A DNA stretch of 64,000 bases from an uncultured virus (IMG/VR IMGVR_UViG_3300025809_000016) (lineage: Duplodnaviria; Heunggongvirae; Uroviricota; Caudoviricetes): IMG/VR virus record IMGVR_UViG_3300025809_000016. One strand, given 5' to 3'. Within the stretch, counting starts at the first letter, position 1. Every line of letters starts with the position of its first letter. The position numbers were made by a program, and so were the translations under genes. Shown one piece after another: positions 38,117-48,389 of this stretch. The notes beneath the pieces are model-generated. The model had not been told where the DNA came from. It saw only the letters and a program-made list of their open reading frames with translations, and ran no database searches.

Positions 38117-38386
38117 ATGCCATACATACAAGAAGAAGACCGAGCCCAACTAGATAGAAGGCTCATTACTACAGCTGGTGAGTTGCAGTATCAGATAGCA
38201 GAGCTCATTGCTGAATACATGTCAGGTATGCCATTACGGTACCAGACGATGAACGATGTGATGGGTGCCTTGAACGGTGCTAATCTAGAGTTCTATCGCA
38301 GGGTAGTAGCACCTTACGAAGACAAGTGCATCGAGAAGAACGGCGATGTCACCTATGGCAAATATGACACAACGAGAGGACAATAA
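38117..38386 (+). CDS. Conserved phage hypothetical protein
   Basis: MPYI...R..GEL.Y...EFYRRVVAPYED.....NGD, a recurrent phage family. Confidence 0.7.
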   Translation: MPYIQEEDRAQLDRRLITTAGELQYQIAELIAEYMSGMPLRYQTMNDVMGALNGANLEFYRRVVAPYEDKCIEKNGDVTYGKYDTTRGQ

Positions 38387-38389
38387 TTA

Positions 38390-38833
38390 ATGAATGTATT
38401 CTTTATAGATCGAGACCCCGATGCAGCAGCGAAAGCAATGATTAACAAGCACGTTGTAAAGATGGTTTTAGAGTGCGCACAGCTTCTGTCTACTTGTCAC
38501 AGAGTATACGGAGATGAGCGAGAGATCTTGTACAAAGAAACACATAAGAACCATCCGTGTGCTGTGTGGATTAGAGAGTCCACTCTTCACTACGATTGGG
38601 TCTATGAGCATATGATGGCCTTGGGTCGTGAATACTCTAGACGCTACGGAGGCAAGACACACTTGTCTATAACTAAGCTAGCAAAGATACTTAAGAAAGC
38701 ACCAAAGAAGATGAAGAAATGTGGCTGGAGCGATCCACCTCAGTGTATGCCAGAGGAGTACCAGAAGGCTGACACACTAGCGGCTTACCGCGCATACTAC
38801 CAATTCAAACGTGATACTATCGGAGATAAGTAA
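38390..38833 (+). CDS. Pyrimidine-dimer DNA glycosylase-like protein
   Basis: MNVF..D.DP..AA...KHVVKM.LE.AQLL, H.NHPC..W.R, PPQCMP, AYR.YY. Confidence 0.75.
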   Translation: MNVFFIDRDPDAAAKAMINKHVVKMVLECAQLLSTCHRVYGDEREILYKETHKNHPCAVWIRESTLHYDWVYEHMMALGREYSRRYGGKTHLSITKLAKILKKAPKKMKKCGWSDPPQCMPEEYQKADTLAAYRAYYQFKRDTIGDK

Positions 38834-39690
38834 TGAATATAACAGACGTAAATGTATTAGCAGATACGCAGCAGAAGGCCATCTCACGACTAATGGATGA
38901 CACCTTTGGATACGATACTGTAGGTCAGATGATGATGGATATAAGATCTAGTGGTAAGGATCTTCTTAGTTATGGAGATCTATACTTTGACGCTGGTACT
39001 CCTCAGAGAGAAGCGGATCTACGGTTGGAACAGATGAGAGGTACTATGGCGAGGATCCGCGATGTGGCCCCTCCTATGAGCTTCACTGAGTTCCACGGAA
39101 GAAACCCTGTGCATCAGTATGAAGCAGCAGAGTATTATCTTTCGCTCGAAGGTGAGCCTGATGATCACGATGATGAGTTCTTACCTGAAGATGCTGATAG
39201 CGAATATGAGGACGATGTAGTCGATGTAGCCTTGGCTGTTGGCGATGTAGAGTCTTACACTGAGTACTGGGGTGAGCGTTGTGATCCTGTTGACCTCCGT
39301 TGCAGCTCTTGTCAGGCGTGGGAACGCTTTGATGCTGCTCGACTTGAAGAAAAGGAAGATGAAATGGTAACAGAAGCAGATGTAATCAACGACATGATTG
39401 CTGCTGATAAAGCAGAGTGTACGGCAAATGATACGATCTCACAGGCAGTCGCTGGTAACCACTACAACGATGTCATTCCCGGTATGCAGTATATGGAACT
39501 TATGCAACATATGCTTGAAGGTAGAGAAGGTGTTAATGCTCACTTGATGGGCCAGACCTACAAATACCTTATGCGTGCTGGTAAGAAGGATGATGAGACT
39601 CAAGATTTAAGAAAGGCCCGATGGTATATCAGCTGCTTGATTAAGCTGTTAGACACCGGTGAAATCGATGTTCATAATAACGATCAATAG
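38833..39690 (+). CDS. Acidic protein with C-terminal DUF3310-like domain
   Basis: HY...G..YKYL.RAGKKD...QDL.KA.WY. Confidence 0.7.
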   Translation: MNITDVNVLADTQQKAISRLMDDTFGYDTVGQMMMDIRSSGKDLLSYGDLYFDAGTPQREADLRLEQMRGTMARIRDVAPPMSFTEFHGRNPVHQYEAAEYYLSLEGEPDDHDDEFLPEDADSEYEDDVVDVALAVGDVESYTEYWGERCDPVDLRCSSCQAWERFDAARLEEKEDEMVTEADVINDMIAADKAECTANDTISQAVAGNHYNDVIPGMQYMELMQHMLEGREGVNAHLMGQTYKYLMRAGKKDDETQDLRKARWYISCLIKLLDTGEIDVHNNDQ

Positions 39691-39699
39691 GGAAAGCGT

Positions 39700-40422
39700 A
39701 TGGGTATTTCAAAGCTAGAAAGAGTTATTACAGCACAACGTTGGTGTGGTGAGAGGTTAGTAAAGAACATCGGTGAGCTCTTCAAGACTGCTGATGTTCT
39801 TCTAGCAGGCGGTATGGTGAGAGACTGGTACTTCCATAGAGAAGGTAAGGACTATGATATCTACATCGAGATGCCAGAAGGTCTAGGTCAGACAGAAGCG
39901 TTTATGATGTTAGCAGGTTCGGGTATTCTCGAGAACGCTAGTATTATGGAGAAGGGTGATGAAGGTGGGCAAGGCTACGCAGATGCTGCTGTTGAGATGG
40001 TGGTAGAAGGTATAGCAACAGAAAGCCACTCTAATCATCTACCAGCACCTGCTGAAGGTGATCCGGATCCTCTTACTCACGTTCAAGTTATCTTTATTAA
40101 ACACTTCACTGTGCCTGTAGTAAATTACGTCAGAGATTTCTTCTGTTGTTCTTTATCGAAAGCTTGGATGAACATCAACGGAAACACTTCTTACCACGAA
40201 GACTTTGTTGATAGCATCAGAGACAAGAGGATCACCTTTAACTGGGATTATGCAGCGAGTGAGATCAACTTGAAATACGTGAAGAAGATACTAAAATACT
40301 TCCCTGACTACGACACTGACGAGGACACACTAGGAAACTTTAGAAGACAACTAAGCGTGAGTTACATGAGCGACCTGATTCACTTACGCGAGATGCTGCA
40401 TAATGCAAAGCTGACCAAATAG
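39700..40422 (+). CDS. Nucleotidyltransferase (CCA/poly(A) polymerase head-like)
   Basis: AGGMVRD......KDYDIY. Confidence 0.75.
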   Translation: MGISKLERVITAQRWCGERLVKNIGELFKTADVLLAGGMVRDWYFHREGKDYDIYIEMPEGLGQTEAFMMLAGSGILENASIMEKGDEGGQGYADAAVEMVVEGIATESHSNHLPAPAEGDPDPLTHVQVIFIKHFTVPVVNYVRDFFCCSLSKAWMNINGNTSYHEDFVDSIRDKRITFNWDYAASEINLKYVKKILKYFPDYDTDEDTLGNFRRQLSVSYMSDLIHLREMLHNAKLTK

Positions 40423-40430
40423 GAGCAAGT

Positions 40431-41830
40431 ATGAGCAAGAAATATGTATGGGATTTAGAAGCTAACGGCCTGTTAAAAGGCAATAAGCTAAGTGAAGCAG
40501 CAAATAAGATATGGATGATTGTCGCTACAGATCTTGAGACAAAGGAGACATTCGTCTTCTGTGATCACACTGAGGACAAGACTGCCAAGCCTTTGCTGGA
40601 CTTTAAGATATTGTTTGATGATGCGAAGGAGCTTATCGGACACAACATTATCAACTATGACTTCCCTGTACTGAGAAAGATCCTCGGATGGGAGCCTAAC
40701 AAAAAGACAGTAATCAGAGATACCCTCTTGATGTCACAGATGTTAGACTACATGCGATTTGGCGGGAGACACAGCCTCGAGTTATGGGGTAATCACCTTG
40801 GAGTTCAAAAGCCTGTTCACGAGGATTGGCTTAACTTCAGTGAGGATATGGTTCACCGTTGTAAAGAAGATGTCAAGATCAACGAGAGGGTATACAGGCT
40901 ACTTGCGAGAGAGCTTACTAATTACCTGAAGGCGAGCAAGACACCTCAGTATATGAAGACTAGTCTACGTGTTGAGCATAGGATAGCTGAGTTTCAAGCA
41001 CAAGCCTCCCGTACCGGTTGGGTGTTTGATATGAAGCGAGCCTTAGAGCTTGAAGCAGAGATGATCAAGGAGCTAGAGGATACTAGGGCAGAGATTGAGC
41101 CTAGGATGCCTATGCGCTTGAAGATCTTAGACAAGGAGGGTTCTAAGAGTGAGTTCAAGGTTCCTGAGTATAAGAAGAACGGTGACTACTACGCGAGTAC
41201 AGTTGCTCACTTCCAAGCCGAAGGATCACACATCATTAACGCTGATGAGGCTAAGACTACCAGACCTCTAGACGGCCCTTTCTGCCGTGTTAGATACTTG
41301 GAAGCAGACTTGGGCTCGATTGACTATCTTAAGACGTACTTGTACGGTCTTGGATGGGAACCTCTTGACTGGAACTGGGAGAAGAAGGATGGTAAGTTTG
41401 TCAAGAAGTCTGCAAAGCTCTGTCCTGAATCACTAAGGGCATTAGGGCCAGAAGGCGCTAGGATTGATGACTTCACTACCACGCGCTCTAGACTCGGTAT
41501 TCTCCGTGGTTGGATTGCTAACACAGACCCAGAGACTAACAGGATATGCGGTGAGATGTTCACTATTGCTACTCCTACAGGTCGAGCACGACACAAGACG
41601 ATCGTTAATGTTCCTAGTCCCAACGCTGCTTGGGGTAAGGAGATGCGTGGTCTCTTTGGTTGTAGACCGGGTTATAAGGTAGTAGGCTCAGACTCCTCTG
41701 GTAATCAGTTTAGGGCTCTTTGTCACTACATCAAGAACGACGAATTCACCAATGAAGTTATAAACGGTGATGTTCACCAGAAGAATGCTGATGTTTTAGG
41801 TTGTGACAGACCTACAGCAAAGCCGTGGAT
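40431..41830 (+). CDS. Family A (T7-like) DNA polymerase, exon 1
   Basis: DLEANG ExoI, GHNII.YD ExoII, HSL..WG, TGR..H..VNVP, DSSG motif A, start of motif B RPTAKPW. Confidence 0.95.
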
Positions 41831-42504
41831 TGGTAATAGGTCTACGTTAAATTATGTGAACTCAGGGAACATCTCGTAAGAGACAATCCTGAGCCAAGCC
41901 AAGTAAGGAGTTTGTATGGGTTACCAAGAGAAAGTATGTACTGAATGTGAGGGGTCTTTTAAACCTTATGTTCACAACCAAAACAAGTGTGACGGTTGTC
42001 TTGATGTGATCCGAACTAAACCCTGTAAACTATGCAGTGAAACCTTCAACCCTACCACAATACGAGAGGACTATTGCTCGACAGGCTGCAGAAATGCACA
42101 GAATATGATAGGGAGGAAGAGAGCAGGTTACTACACACGAGAGGTGTACTTACAGTATCGATCTGTGAGTGAATGCCAGATCTGTGGAAGTGAAGGCTTC
42201 GCCATGCAAGGCGGAGATGAATCTTCTAAGCTATGTTTAGATCATAAGCATGGTACAGATTTCGTGAGAGGTAAGCTGTGTCACAATTGTAACAGGGCGC
42301 TCGGTCTTTTTCAAGACAACCCTGAGTTGCTTAAAGTTGCAGCTAAATACTTGGAAGGTGCAGAGACTATCCTGAAAGGGAGTACACTCAAGTGAGTGGA
42401 AGCGCATAACGCCGCAAGGTGATGATATAGTCCGGTCTGCATGGTGACATGCAGCAGTTCATAAGAGAACGGGAGCAGCCTAACGCACTGCTTCGAACAT
42501 CCCG
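41831..42504 (+). mobile_element. Group I intron (IA2-like), 674 nt, in DNA polymerase motif B
   Basis: P1 CGTGGAT/GTCTACG with U.G at the splice site; P3 TTATGTG/CGCATAA; P4 TCAGG/CCTGA; P7 GACTAT/ATAGTC with P7.1 and P7.2; terminal G; splicing restores AKPWIYAFLFG. Confidence 0.93.
41916..42395 (+). CDS. Intron-encoded homing endonuclease, EndoVII-type His-Me finger
   Basis: C.IC...LCLDH.H....VRG.LC..CN..LG...D; N-terminal CxxC repeats; AAGGAG RBS. Confidence 0.88.
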   Translation: MGYQEKVCTECEGSFKPYVHNQNKCDGCLDVIRTKPCKLCSETFNPTTIREDYCSTGCRNAQNMIGRKRAGYYTREVYLQYRSVSECQICGSEGFAMQGGDESSKLCLDHKHGTDFVRGKLCHNCNRALGLFQDNPELLKVAAKYLEGAETILKGSTLK

Positions 42505-43003
42505 CTATGCCTTTCTCTTCGGAGCAGGGTTAGAAAAATTAGGGCTCATCCTTACGGGGAAGAGAGACAAAAAGGCTGGTGGCGAGTCTAAGAAGAAGTT
42601 CGTAAACTCAATTCCGGGTTTCAAGCTTCTTATTGACAAGCTGAATACTATCGTACACGGCTCTGAAGCAAGAGACTCACGCGCTAGCATCCCTGCCCTT
42701 GATGGTCGCAGGATCTATCTTGACTCTGGTCACAAAGCACTTAACTATCTCCTGCAGTCTGCGGAAGGTATTACGTGTAAAGCTGCTGTTGCATACACGA
42801 TGGATAAGTTTAAAGAAGAGGGCATTGATGCCGAACCTTTGATCTTCTATCACGATGAACAACAGTGGGAAGTAAGAGAAGACCAAACAGCTAGAGCTGC
42901 TGAAATCTGTGAAGAAGCATTCCGCGAGGCCCCTAAGTGGTTCGGCGTGACATGTATGGATGGGGAAGCAATGGTTGGCGATAACTGGTATGAAACACAC
43001 TAA
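42505..43003 (+). CDS. Family A DNA polymerase, exon 2
   Basis: YAFLFG, LDGR, ALNYLLQS, HDE motif C, NWYETH; spliced CDS is 1899 nt (632 aa). Confidence 0.95.
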
Positions 43004-43104
43004 ATCTGATATAAAGGAAAATACTATGAGTAATAATACTACAGTTACATTAAAAGATGCACCTAAATCTTTTTGGGACAGCTTAGGAAAAAAGGAGAAA
43101 ATGA

Positions 43105-43521
43105 ATGGCTGAAATAAACGAGCAGAGAACTAAGAAGAGAGCCAAGGAGACAGGCGAAGTATTTACCCCTCCTTGTGAAATTGCACGTATGCTCTCTACT
43201 TTAGATTCTTCTGTATGGAAAGAGAATAAGACCTTTTGTGATCCCGCAGCAGGAGACGGCAACATCGTTGTCAGCATCCTTGCTTGGAAGATTGCAGAAG
43301 GTCACGATCCTACAGAGGCACTGAGGTCAGTGTATGCAGTGGAGTTAATGAAGGATAACTGGACTACAATGAGGAGGAGATTGATACGACTGGCGGGGGA
43401 TGATGCTCTGCACCGAAGTATTATAATGAACAATATTGTATGGGCGAACACCCTTGAATACGATATGCTCTTTGATAAGGATAATGATAACCGGAAAGAA
43501 ACCGCTCGACTAGAAAACTAA
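43105..43521 (+). CDS. N6-adenine methyltransferase SAM-binding (motifs X, I-III) fragment
   Basis: GEVFTP, FCDPAAGDGN, YAVEL..DN, NI...NTL; ends before any NPPY. Confidence 0.75.
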   Translation: MAEINEQRTKKRAKETGEVFTPPCEIARMLSTLDSSVWKENKTFCDPAAGDGNIVVSILAWKIAEGHDPTEALRSVYAVELMKDNWTTMRRRLIRLAGDDALHRSIIMNNIVWANTLEYDMLFDKDNDNRKETARLEN

Positions 43522-43542
43522 ACTAATATAAAGGAAAATACT

Positions 43543-43824
43543 ATGAACACTACTGAAAGAGAAGCAATGATAGCACAAGCAATGGGTGATTTTAGCAGTA
43601 GATCGATGCTGTTCTGCCTAGATAATACTCTCTTCCTAAAGTGGGAAGCTTCTGTAACTTCTATAACTGAGTGGAAAGACAACGGACACGGCGATAATCG
43701 CTACACGAAGTATGTGTATGATTACAATGACTCTGCTTTCTACGAGTTGGAAGTATTGATTGAAGACGGAAAGATAGAGTACCAAGGCATGGGTACACAA
43801 ACCCCTTACTCTAAGAAGGGCTAA
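43543..43824 (+). CDS. Hypothetical protein
   Basis: Strong RBS. Confidence 0.6.
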   Translation: MNTTEREAMIAQAMGDFSSRSMLFCLDNTLFLKWEASVTSITEWKDNGHGDNRYTKYVYDYNDSAFYELEVLIEDGKIEYQGMGTQTPYSKKG

Positions 43825-43827
43825 CTT

Positions 43828-44214
43828 ATGACCCTACTAGCACCTGCGATAATGTGTCTAGCCCTTAATATCTACTTTGAAGCGAGAGACCAATCCTACG
43901 AAGGACAGGTAGCCGTTACAGAGGTGGTATTCAATAGAGTTGCCGATGGTCGGTGGCCTAACGAACCTTGTGCTGTAATAACACAAGAAGGGCAATTCAG
44001 CTGGTATACCCAAGGCCAAACCACCTTTGACATAAAGGAGAAGAAAGCTTGGAAATCAGCTGTCAACCTTGCTCACGAGCTGTACGTAGATGGTCACCCA
44101 GTGTCTCTTACAGATGGTGCGGTATTCTATCACGTTAAGCGAGAAGAGCATCACCACGATGATGTAATCCAAATAGGAGATCACGTATTTCTAAAGACCT
44201 TACGAAGACGATGA
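43828..44214 (+). CDS. Cell wall hydrolase (SleB/Hydrolase_2)
   Basis: CLALNIYFEAR, VV.NRV, QFSW, GA.FYH, IG.H.F. Confidence 0.92.
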   Translation: MTLLAPAIMCLALNIYFEARDQSYEGQVAVTEVVFNRVADGRWPNEPCAVITQEGQFSWYTQGQTTFDIKEKKAWKSAVNLAHELYVDGHPVSLTDGAVFYHVKREEHHHDDVIQIGDHVFLKTLRRR

Positions 44215-44525
44215 AAGACACGGTGTCAATCGAGATGGTGTGGATGAAGGTAGATGGTGTTGCCTTCCGAAGCATTAACGAGCGACCTTATTATGCCCAA
44301 GGGATGTACTGCCTGAAGAATCAGGTGGCTCGTCTTGAAGGCTACAAATTCTTAACGGAGTGGACTATAACAGACTTAAGTACTAAGAAGGTGTTGGCTT
44401 CTAGCAAACCTATCTCACCAGAGACACAGGCGTTAGAGTTATATGAGGTACACAAGAGTTACGCTAAAGTAGCTCGAATATTAGGGGTTCACCCAACCAC
44501 AGCTAGAACGTGGTGCAACAAATAA
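44211..44525 (+). CDS. Protein with C-terminal helix-turn-helix
   Basis: SYAKVARILGVHPTTARTW. Confidence 0.6.
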   Translation: MKDTVSIEMVWMKVDGVAFRSINERPYYAQGMYCLKNQVARLEGYKFLTEWTITDLSTKKVLASSKPISPETQALELYEVHKSYAKVARILGVHPTTARTWCNK

Positions 44526-44533
44526 GGAATACT

Positions 44534-45241
44534 ATGAAGATATTAATTGATGGCGACATACTAGCATTTGCAGCAGCTTCGGTACATCCCGATGACAAGC
44601 GTATGGCAGTAGCGAAAGTGAGATCGCTGGTAAAGACAAGCACCGATGCCTGCTTTGCCGCTGAAGATGAAGGCGAAATCTATGTCAAGGGAGATTATAA
44701 CTTCCGCGATGAGTATAGCTTCTACAAGGCTAACCGAGCGGGGTCTGTTAGACCTGCTACGTTGGAACCTGTAAGAGCAGTATTGGCATCGATGGGCACT
44801 CAGTCTCACGGAGGTGAAGCTGATGACTTTATTGTTATCCGTGCTCAAGAGTTATTCGATAAAGGTGAAGACTACGTTATATCTAGCTTGGATAAAGACC
44901 TCAAGCAGATGCACGGAAAGTTTCATAACTATCGTACAGGTGATTTCATAGATGTCACAGAGGAGCAAGGTTTGTTCTGGTTACATCAACAGTGCATCAC
45001 TGGTGACTCTACTGACGGTATTCCCGGTATTCGAGGGATAGGCCCGAAGAAGTCTGAGAAGTTTTTACAGTTACACAAAGTAGAAGACCGACCGCCTGCT
45101 ATTCTTGAACTCTATTATGAGCACTTCGGATCCAGAGACCAAGCCTTCGAATCATTAGAAGCTTGCTGGAACTGTGTGTATATGAGAAAGAGAATGGAAG
45201 ACGTTAAAATCCTACCATTACCAAAGGAGTTTTCACTATGA
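44534..45241 (+). CDS. 5'-3' exonuclease (T7 gp6-like)
   Basis: LIDGD, NFR...YKANR, EADD, DKDL.Q, GD.TDGIPG..GIGPK. Confidence 0.93.
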   Translation: MKILIDGDILAFAAASVHPDDKRMAVAKVRSLVKTSTDACFAAEDEGEIYVKGDYNFRDEYSFYKANRAGSVRPATLEPVRAVLASMGTQSHGGEADDFIVIRAQELFDKGEDYVISSLDKDLKQMHGKFHNYRTGDFIDVTEEQGLFWLHQQCITGDSTDGIPGIRGIGPKKSEKFLQLHKVEDRPPAILELYYEHFGSRDQAFESLEACWNCVYMRKRMEDVKILPLPKEFSL

Positions 45242-45555
45242 GTTATGTAAACAATAAAGAAGTAATAGAACTAGGCGTGTTTAGCTATGACCACTACCAG
45301 ACCGCTTATGACGCAGCGGTGAGCGGGGCTATATACAACTTTGATTTGGGAGATGGTAAAGCTGATACCCATAGAAGTCTTATTGCAGCTGCGCTAGTAG
45401 GTGGTGAATGTTTGTGTCATGAGGCACCTTTAGTACCTTGTGCTAGGTTCTCGGGCGGTGAGTGGCTGAAGATTAACCCCGTAGACTTACATGATCGGAA
45501 ATATAAGATCATGGATGATGTACTTGCCGAGTTTGGCCTGATGCGAGTAGGCTAG
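45238..45555 (+). CDS. Hypothetical protein
   Basis: Overlapping operon context. Confidence 0.55.
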   Translation: MSYVNNKEVIELGVFSYDHYQTAYDAAVSGAIYNFDLGDGKADTHRSLIAAALVGGECLCHEAPLVPCARFSGGEWLKINPVDLHDRKYKIMDDVLAEFGLMRVG

Positions 45556-46133
45556 TGGCTATTGCCAAGAAGAAGGGTGCTGCGAAGCCTAAAGCTAAAA
45601 CAAAACCTAGAGTTAAGACACCTAAATTTATACCAATAAAGGAAAAGATGAAGAAGGATATGGGACACTGGAGCTATACAGGAGCTGATATAGAGCTGTC
45701 TGCTAACTTCGGGTTTGTGTATCTAGTAATCAACAAGACGAAAAACAAGTACTACATCGGTAAGAAGCAGTTCTGGGCTTATAAGAAGAACAGCTATGTA
45801 AGGAAGGGCAAATCACTATGGAGAGCTTACGGTACATCCTCTGAACACGTTTGTGAGGACAGACGACAAGGAGATGTTATGGAGTTCCATATGCTAGGTG
45901 TGTTTGAAACTAGAGCTTGGTGTAACTACACTGAAGCTTGGTTACAGATGGCGCTATGCTCTATCACAGACAGAGATAGTATAGGCGAGCGCAGATGGTA
46001 TAACAACCAAGTAGCAGCTATTAGATTCATACCTAAGCTAGATCCAAAACAGCACGATACGATGGAGACCACGCTCAAGAGAGCAACTAAACTAATTAAA
46101 CTAGAGAGGAAAGAAGATGTCAAAAATATCTAA
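45555..46133 (+). CDS. GIY-YIG-like endonuclease
   Basis: FGFVYL..N......YIGKK, W..Y..SS, YN..V. Confidence 0.75.
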   Translation: MAIAKKKGAAKPKAKTKPRVKTPKFIPIKEKMKKDMGHWSYTGADIELSANFGFVYLVINKTKNKYYIGKKQFWAYKKNSYVRKGKSLWRAYGTSSEHVCEDRRQGDVMEFHMLGVFETRAWCNYTEAWLQMALCSITDRDSIGERRWYNNQVAAIRFIPKLDPKQHDTMETTLKRATKLIKLERKEDVKNI

Positions 46134-46323
46134 TAGAGTCGGAGCATCGGCAGGCGCAGTGGTAATGACAAATGTATTGTACTCCATATGGATTATGATA
46201 GACGTTGTAACAGGTAGAGAGTTAGACCTATCGGATGCTATGTCGTTAGGAGGAACCCTGATGTTCGCCTTTATACTAGTAGCTAACAGCGTTGTAAAAG
46301 GTTTAGCAGATGAAGAAGACTGA
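46117..46323 (+). CDS. Small two-TM membrane protein
   Basis: Two hydrophobic segments. Confidence 0.5.
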   Translation: MSKISNRVGASAGAVVMTNVLYSIWIMIDVVTGRELDLSDAMSLGGTLMFAFILVANSVVKGLADEED

Positions 46324-47986
46324 GAAGAGCCAGTTCCTAGGTCACGGATCTTGTGACAAGTGTGGTTCTACAGATGCAGTGGGGATCTACGAGGTAGGCC
46401 CCGCTACCTGCTTCAACTGTGGAGCGGTGCATCCGAACCCAATAGAAGCTAAGAAGAAGGAAGGCAACAATATGGCAACAGAAGTATTAGACTTTACCAA
46501 GATGGATGACAAGCCACCTAGAATACCCTTATCGGAAATAGCCGACTATTCTGTAAGAGGTTTCAAGGATCGAGGAATCCCCAAGGTAATAACAGAGTTC
46601 TTCGGTGTTAAAGCCGGAGTCAATTCACAAAACGAGGTGATAGAGCATTACTACCCTTATGGCATTAGGGAAGTTGTAGGTTACAAGGTAAGAGAGTTGC
46701 CTAAGAAGTTCAGTGTCATCGGTAAGCTCGAAGGCCTGTTCGGTCAGAAAGAGTTCAACGGTGGTAAACGATTAGTCATTACGGAAGGCGAGATGGATGC
46801 TATGGCAGTTGCCTATGCTACTCACCAGAAGTATAACACTATCTACCCTGTAGTATCCTTGCCTAGCGCAAGTGGTATGAAGGCACTCTTGGAGCAACGT
46901 GATTGGGTTCGATCCTTTGACGAAGTTGTCCTGTTAATGGATAATGACGAAGCGGGTCAGAAAGCACTCAAGGAAGCTTGTAAGATAATAGGTGTTGATA
47001 AGGCTAAGATCGGTAGGCTGAGAACTAAGGATGCTAACCAAGAGCTTCAGGAACACGGCTACACAGCTATCATGAAGGCTATTTGGGATGCTCAACCTTA
47101 CGCACCAGCTGGCATAGTTCAAGGAGATGCATTATGGGATCAATTCGTAGAGCGTGAGCTTATCGAGAGTGTTCCGTATCCACCTTGTCTAGCTGGTCTT
47201 AACCACCGCATTCGTGGTGTTAGGATGGGTGAGGTAGATCTGTATACCTCTGGCACTGGTTCCGGTAAGTCAACCCTGATCAAGGAAATCATCTTACATC
47301 TCCACCAGACTACTGAAGACAAGATCTCTATGATCTCTCTTGAGGAAGGCCCCGGTGAGACTGTAGAGAAGTTCTTGAGTATGGAGCTAGGTACTGATCT
47401 TCAAGATGACAACGAGGTGTCTGAGGAAGACAAGAAGGCTGCTTTCGATCGGGTGTTTGCTGATGGAAGGATATCTATGCTTGACCACCAAGGTTCAGTA
47501 TCAGATGGTAGCTTGATGGAGAAGATAGAGACTATGTGCCTTATGGGTAGTAAGTATCTTATCCTCGATCACTTAACCATTGCGGTATCCGAGGCTGAAG
47601 GTAATGCTAACGAGGCTGTCGATAAGGTCATGAGTGACTTATTGAAGATGGCAAAGAAGTATAACGTTTGGTTCGGTGTTATCTCTCACTTGCGTAAAGT
47701 AGGTGCGGGTCAAGGCAAGACATTTGAGGAGGGGAAGTTACCCTCTATGGATGACATCAAGGGTTCTGGTAGCATCAAGCAGATTGCTTTCCAGATTATC
47801 GGTTTCGCAAGAGACCTCACTAGCGAGAACTTAACCGTGAAGAACACCATCAAGATCAGAGTCCTGAAGAGCCGTATAAACGGTAACACAGGTAATGCTG
47901 GCGGTGCTTTTTATAACTCAGAAACTGGTCGTCTCTCGTATGTTGAGAGCGTGGCTGAAACTGTATTTGTTGAGGAAGACCTATGA
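46310..47986 (+). CDS. T7 gp4-like primase-helicase
   Basis: Zn finger C..CGS.D..C..C, TOPRIM ITEGE.DA and D.D.AG, Walker A GTGSGKST, ILDH, SHL.K, GSG.IKQ. Confidence 0.96.
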   Translation: MKKTEKSQFLGHGSCDKCGSTDAVGIYEVGPATCFNCGAVHPNPIEAKKKEGNNMATEVLDFTKMDDKPPRIPLSEIADYSVRGFKDRGIPKVITEFFGVKAGVNSQNEVIEHYYPYGIREVVGYKVRELPKKFSVIGKLEGLFGQKEFNGGKRLVITEGEMDAMAVAYATHQKYNTIYPVVSLPSASGMKALLEQRDWVRSFDEVVLLMDNDEAGQKALKEACKIIGVDKAKIGRLRTKDANQELQEHGYTAIMKAIWDAQPYAPAGIVQGDALWDQFVERELIESVPYPPCLAGLNHRIRGVRMGEVDLYTSGTGSGKSTLIKEIILHLHQTTEDKISMISLEEGPGETVEKFLSMELGTDLQDDNEVSEEDKKAAFDRVFADGRISMLDHQGSVSDGSLMEKIETMCLMGSKYLILDHLTIAVSEAEGNANEAVDKVMSDLLKMAKKYNVWFGVISHLRKVGAGQGKTFEEGKLPSMDDIKGSGSIKQIAFQIIGFARDLTSENLTVKNTIKIRVLKSRINGNTGNAGGAFYNSETGRLSYVESVAETVFVEEDL

Positions 47987-48372
47987 AAAACTTGATCACT
48001 CTAAAGACCGAAATGAATAACGCAACTGAGGCTCTTGAGTCTTTTATTACTATCTGGAAAGGTGCGACCAACGAGGAGCTGGATGCGGGTGATTACCGAG
48101 CCCACCTTCGCTTGTTCTCTCGGGATTATACTCGGAAGTTTCTTGCCTACGAAGAGGGTCTAAGGAACCTCTACGCTACGGAGAAGGCAGAGGAGGATCT
48201 GATTCGTACAAGGATACAAGAGAATATTGATATGGCTAAGAAAGAGATAGTGGAAGCAAAGAGCGACCTCGCGAATGCTAAGGCTGCTTATATTGATGCC
48301 AAGCGTGGTCTCGATTGGGCTCAGTGGCATTTGAAATCGCAGGAAGAAAGTTTAGAAGACCACGATAAATAG
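47983..48372 (+). CDS. Coiled-coil hypothetical protein
   Basis: Operon context. Confidence 0.55.
   Translation: MKNLITLKTEMNNATEALESFITIWKGATNEELDAGDYRAHLRLFSRDYTRKFLAYEEGLRNLYATEKAEEDLIRTRIQENIDMAKKEIVEAKSDLANAKAAYIDAKRGLDWAQWHLKSQEESLEDHDK
47992..48006 (+). promoter_or_regulatory. Class B promoter motif
   Basis: TTGATCACTCTAAAG. Confidence 0.55.
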
Positions 48373-48389
48373 ATAAAGGAATATATAGT

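Noticed and set aside
37274..39690. Modified-base (for example Z or 7-deazaguanine) pathway
   Set aside because: No PurZ, Que/Dpd or hydroxymethylase motifs seen; the genes present are generic nucleotide enzymes
42449..42504. ORF-track N-terminus MQQFIRERE of a separate polymerase subunit
   Set aside because: Lies in intron P9; the real coding sequence resumes at 42505 after splicing
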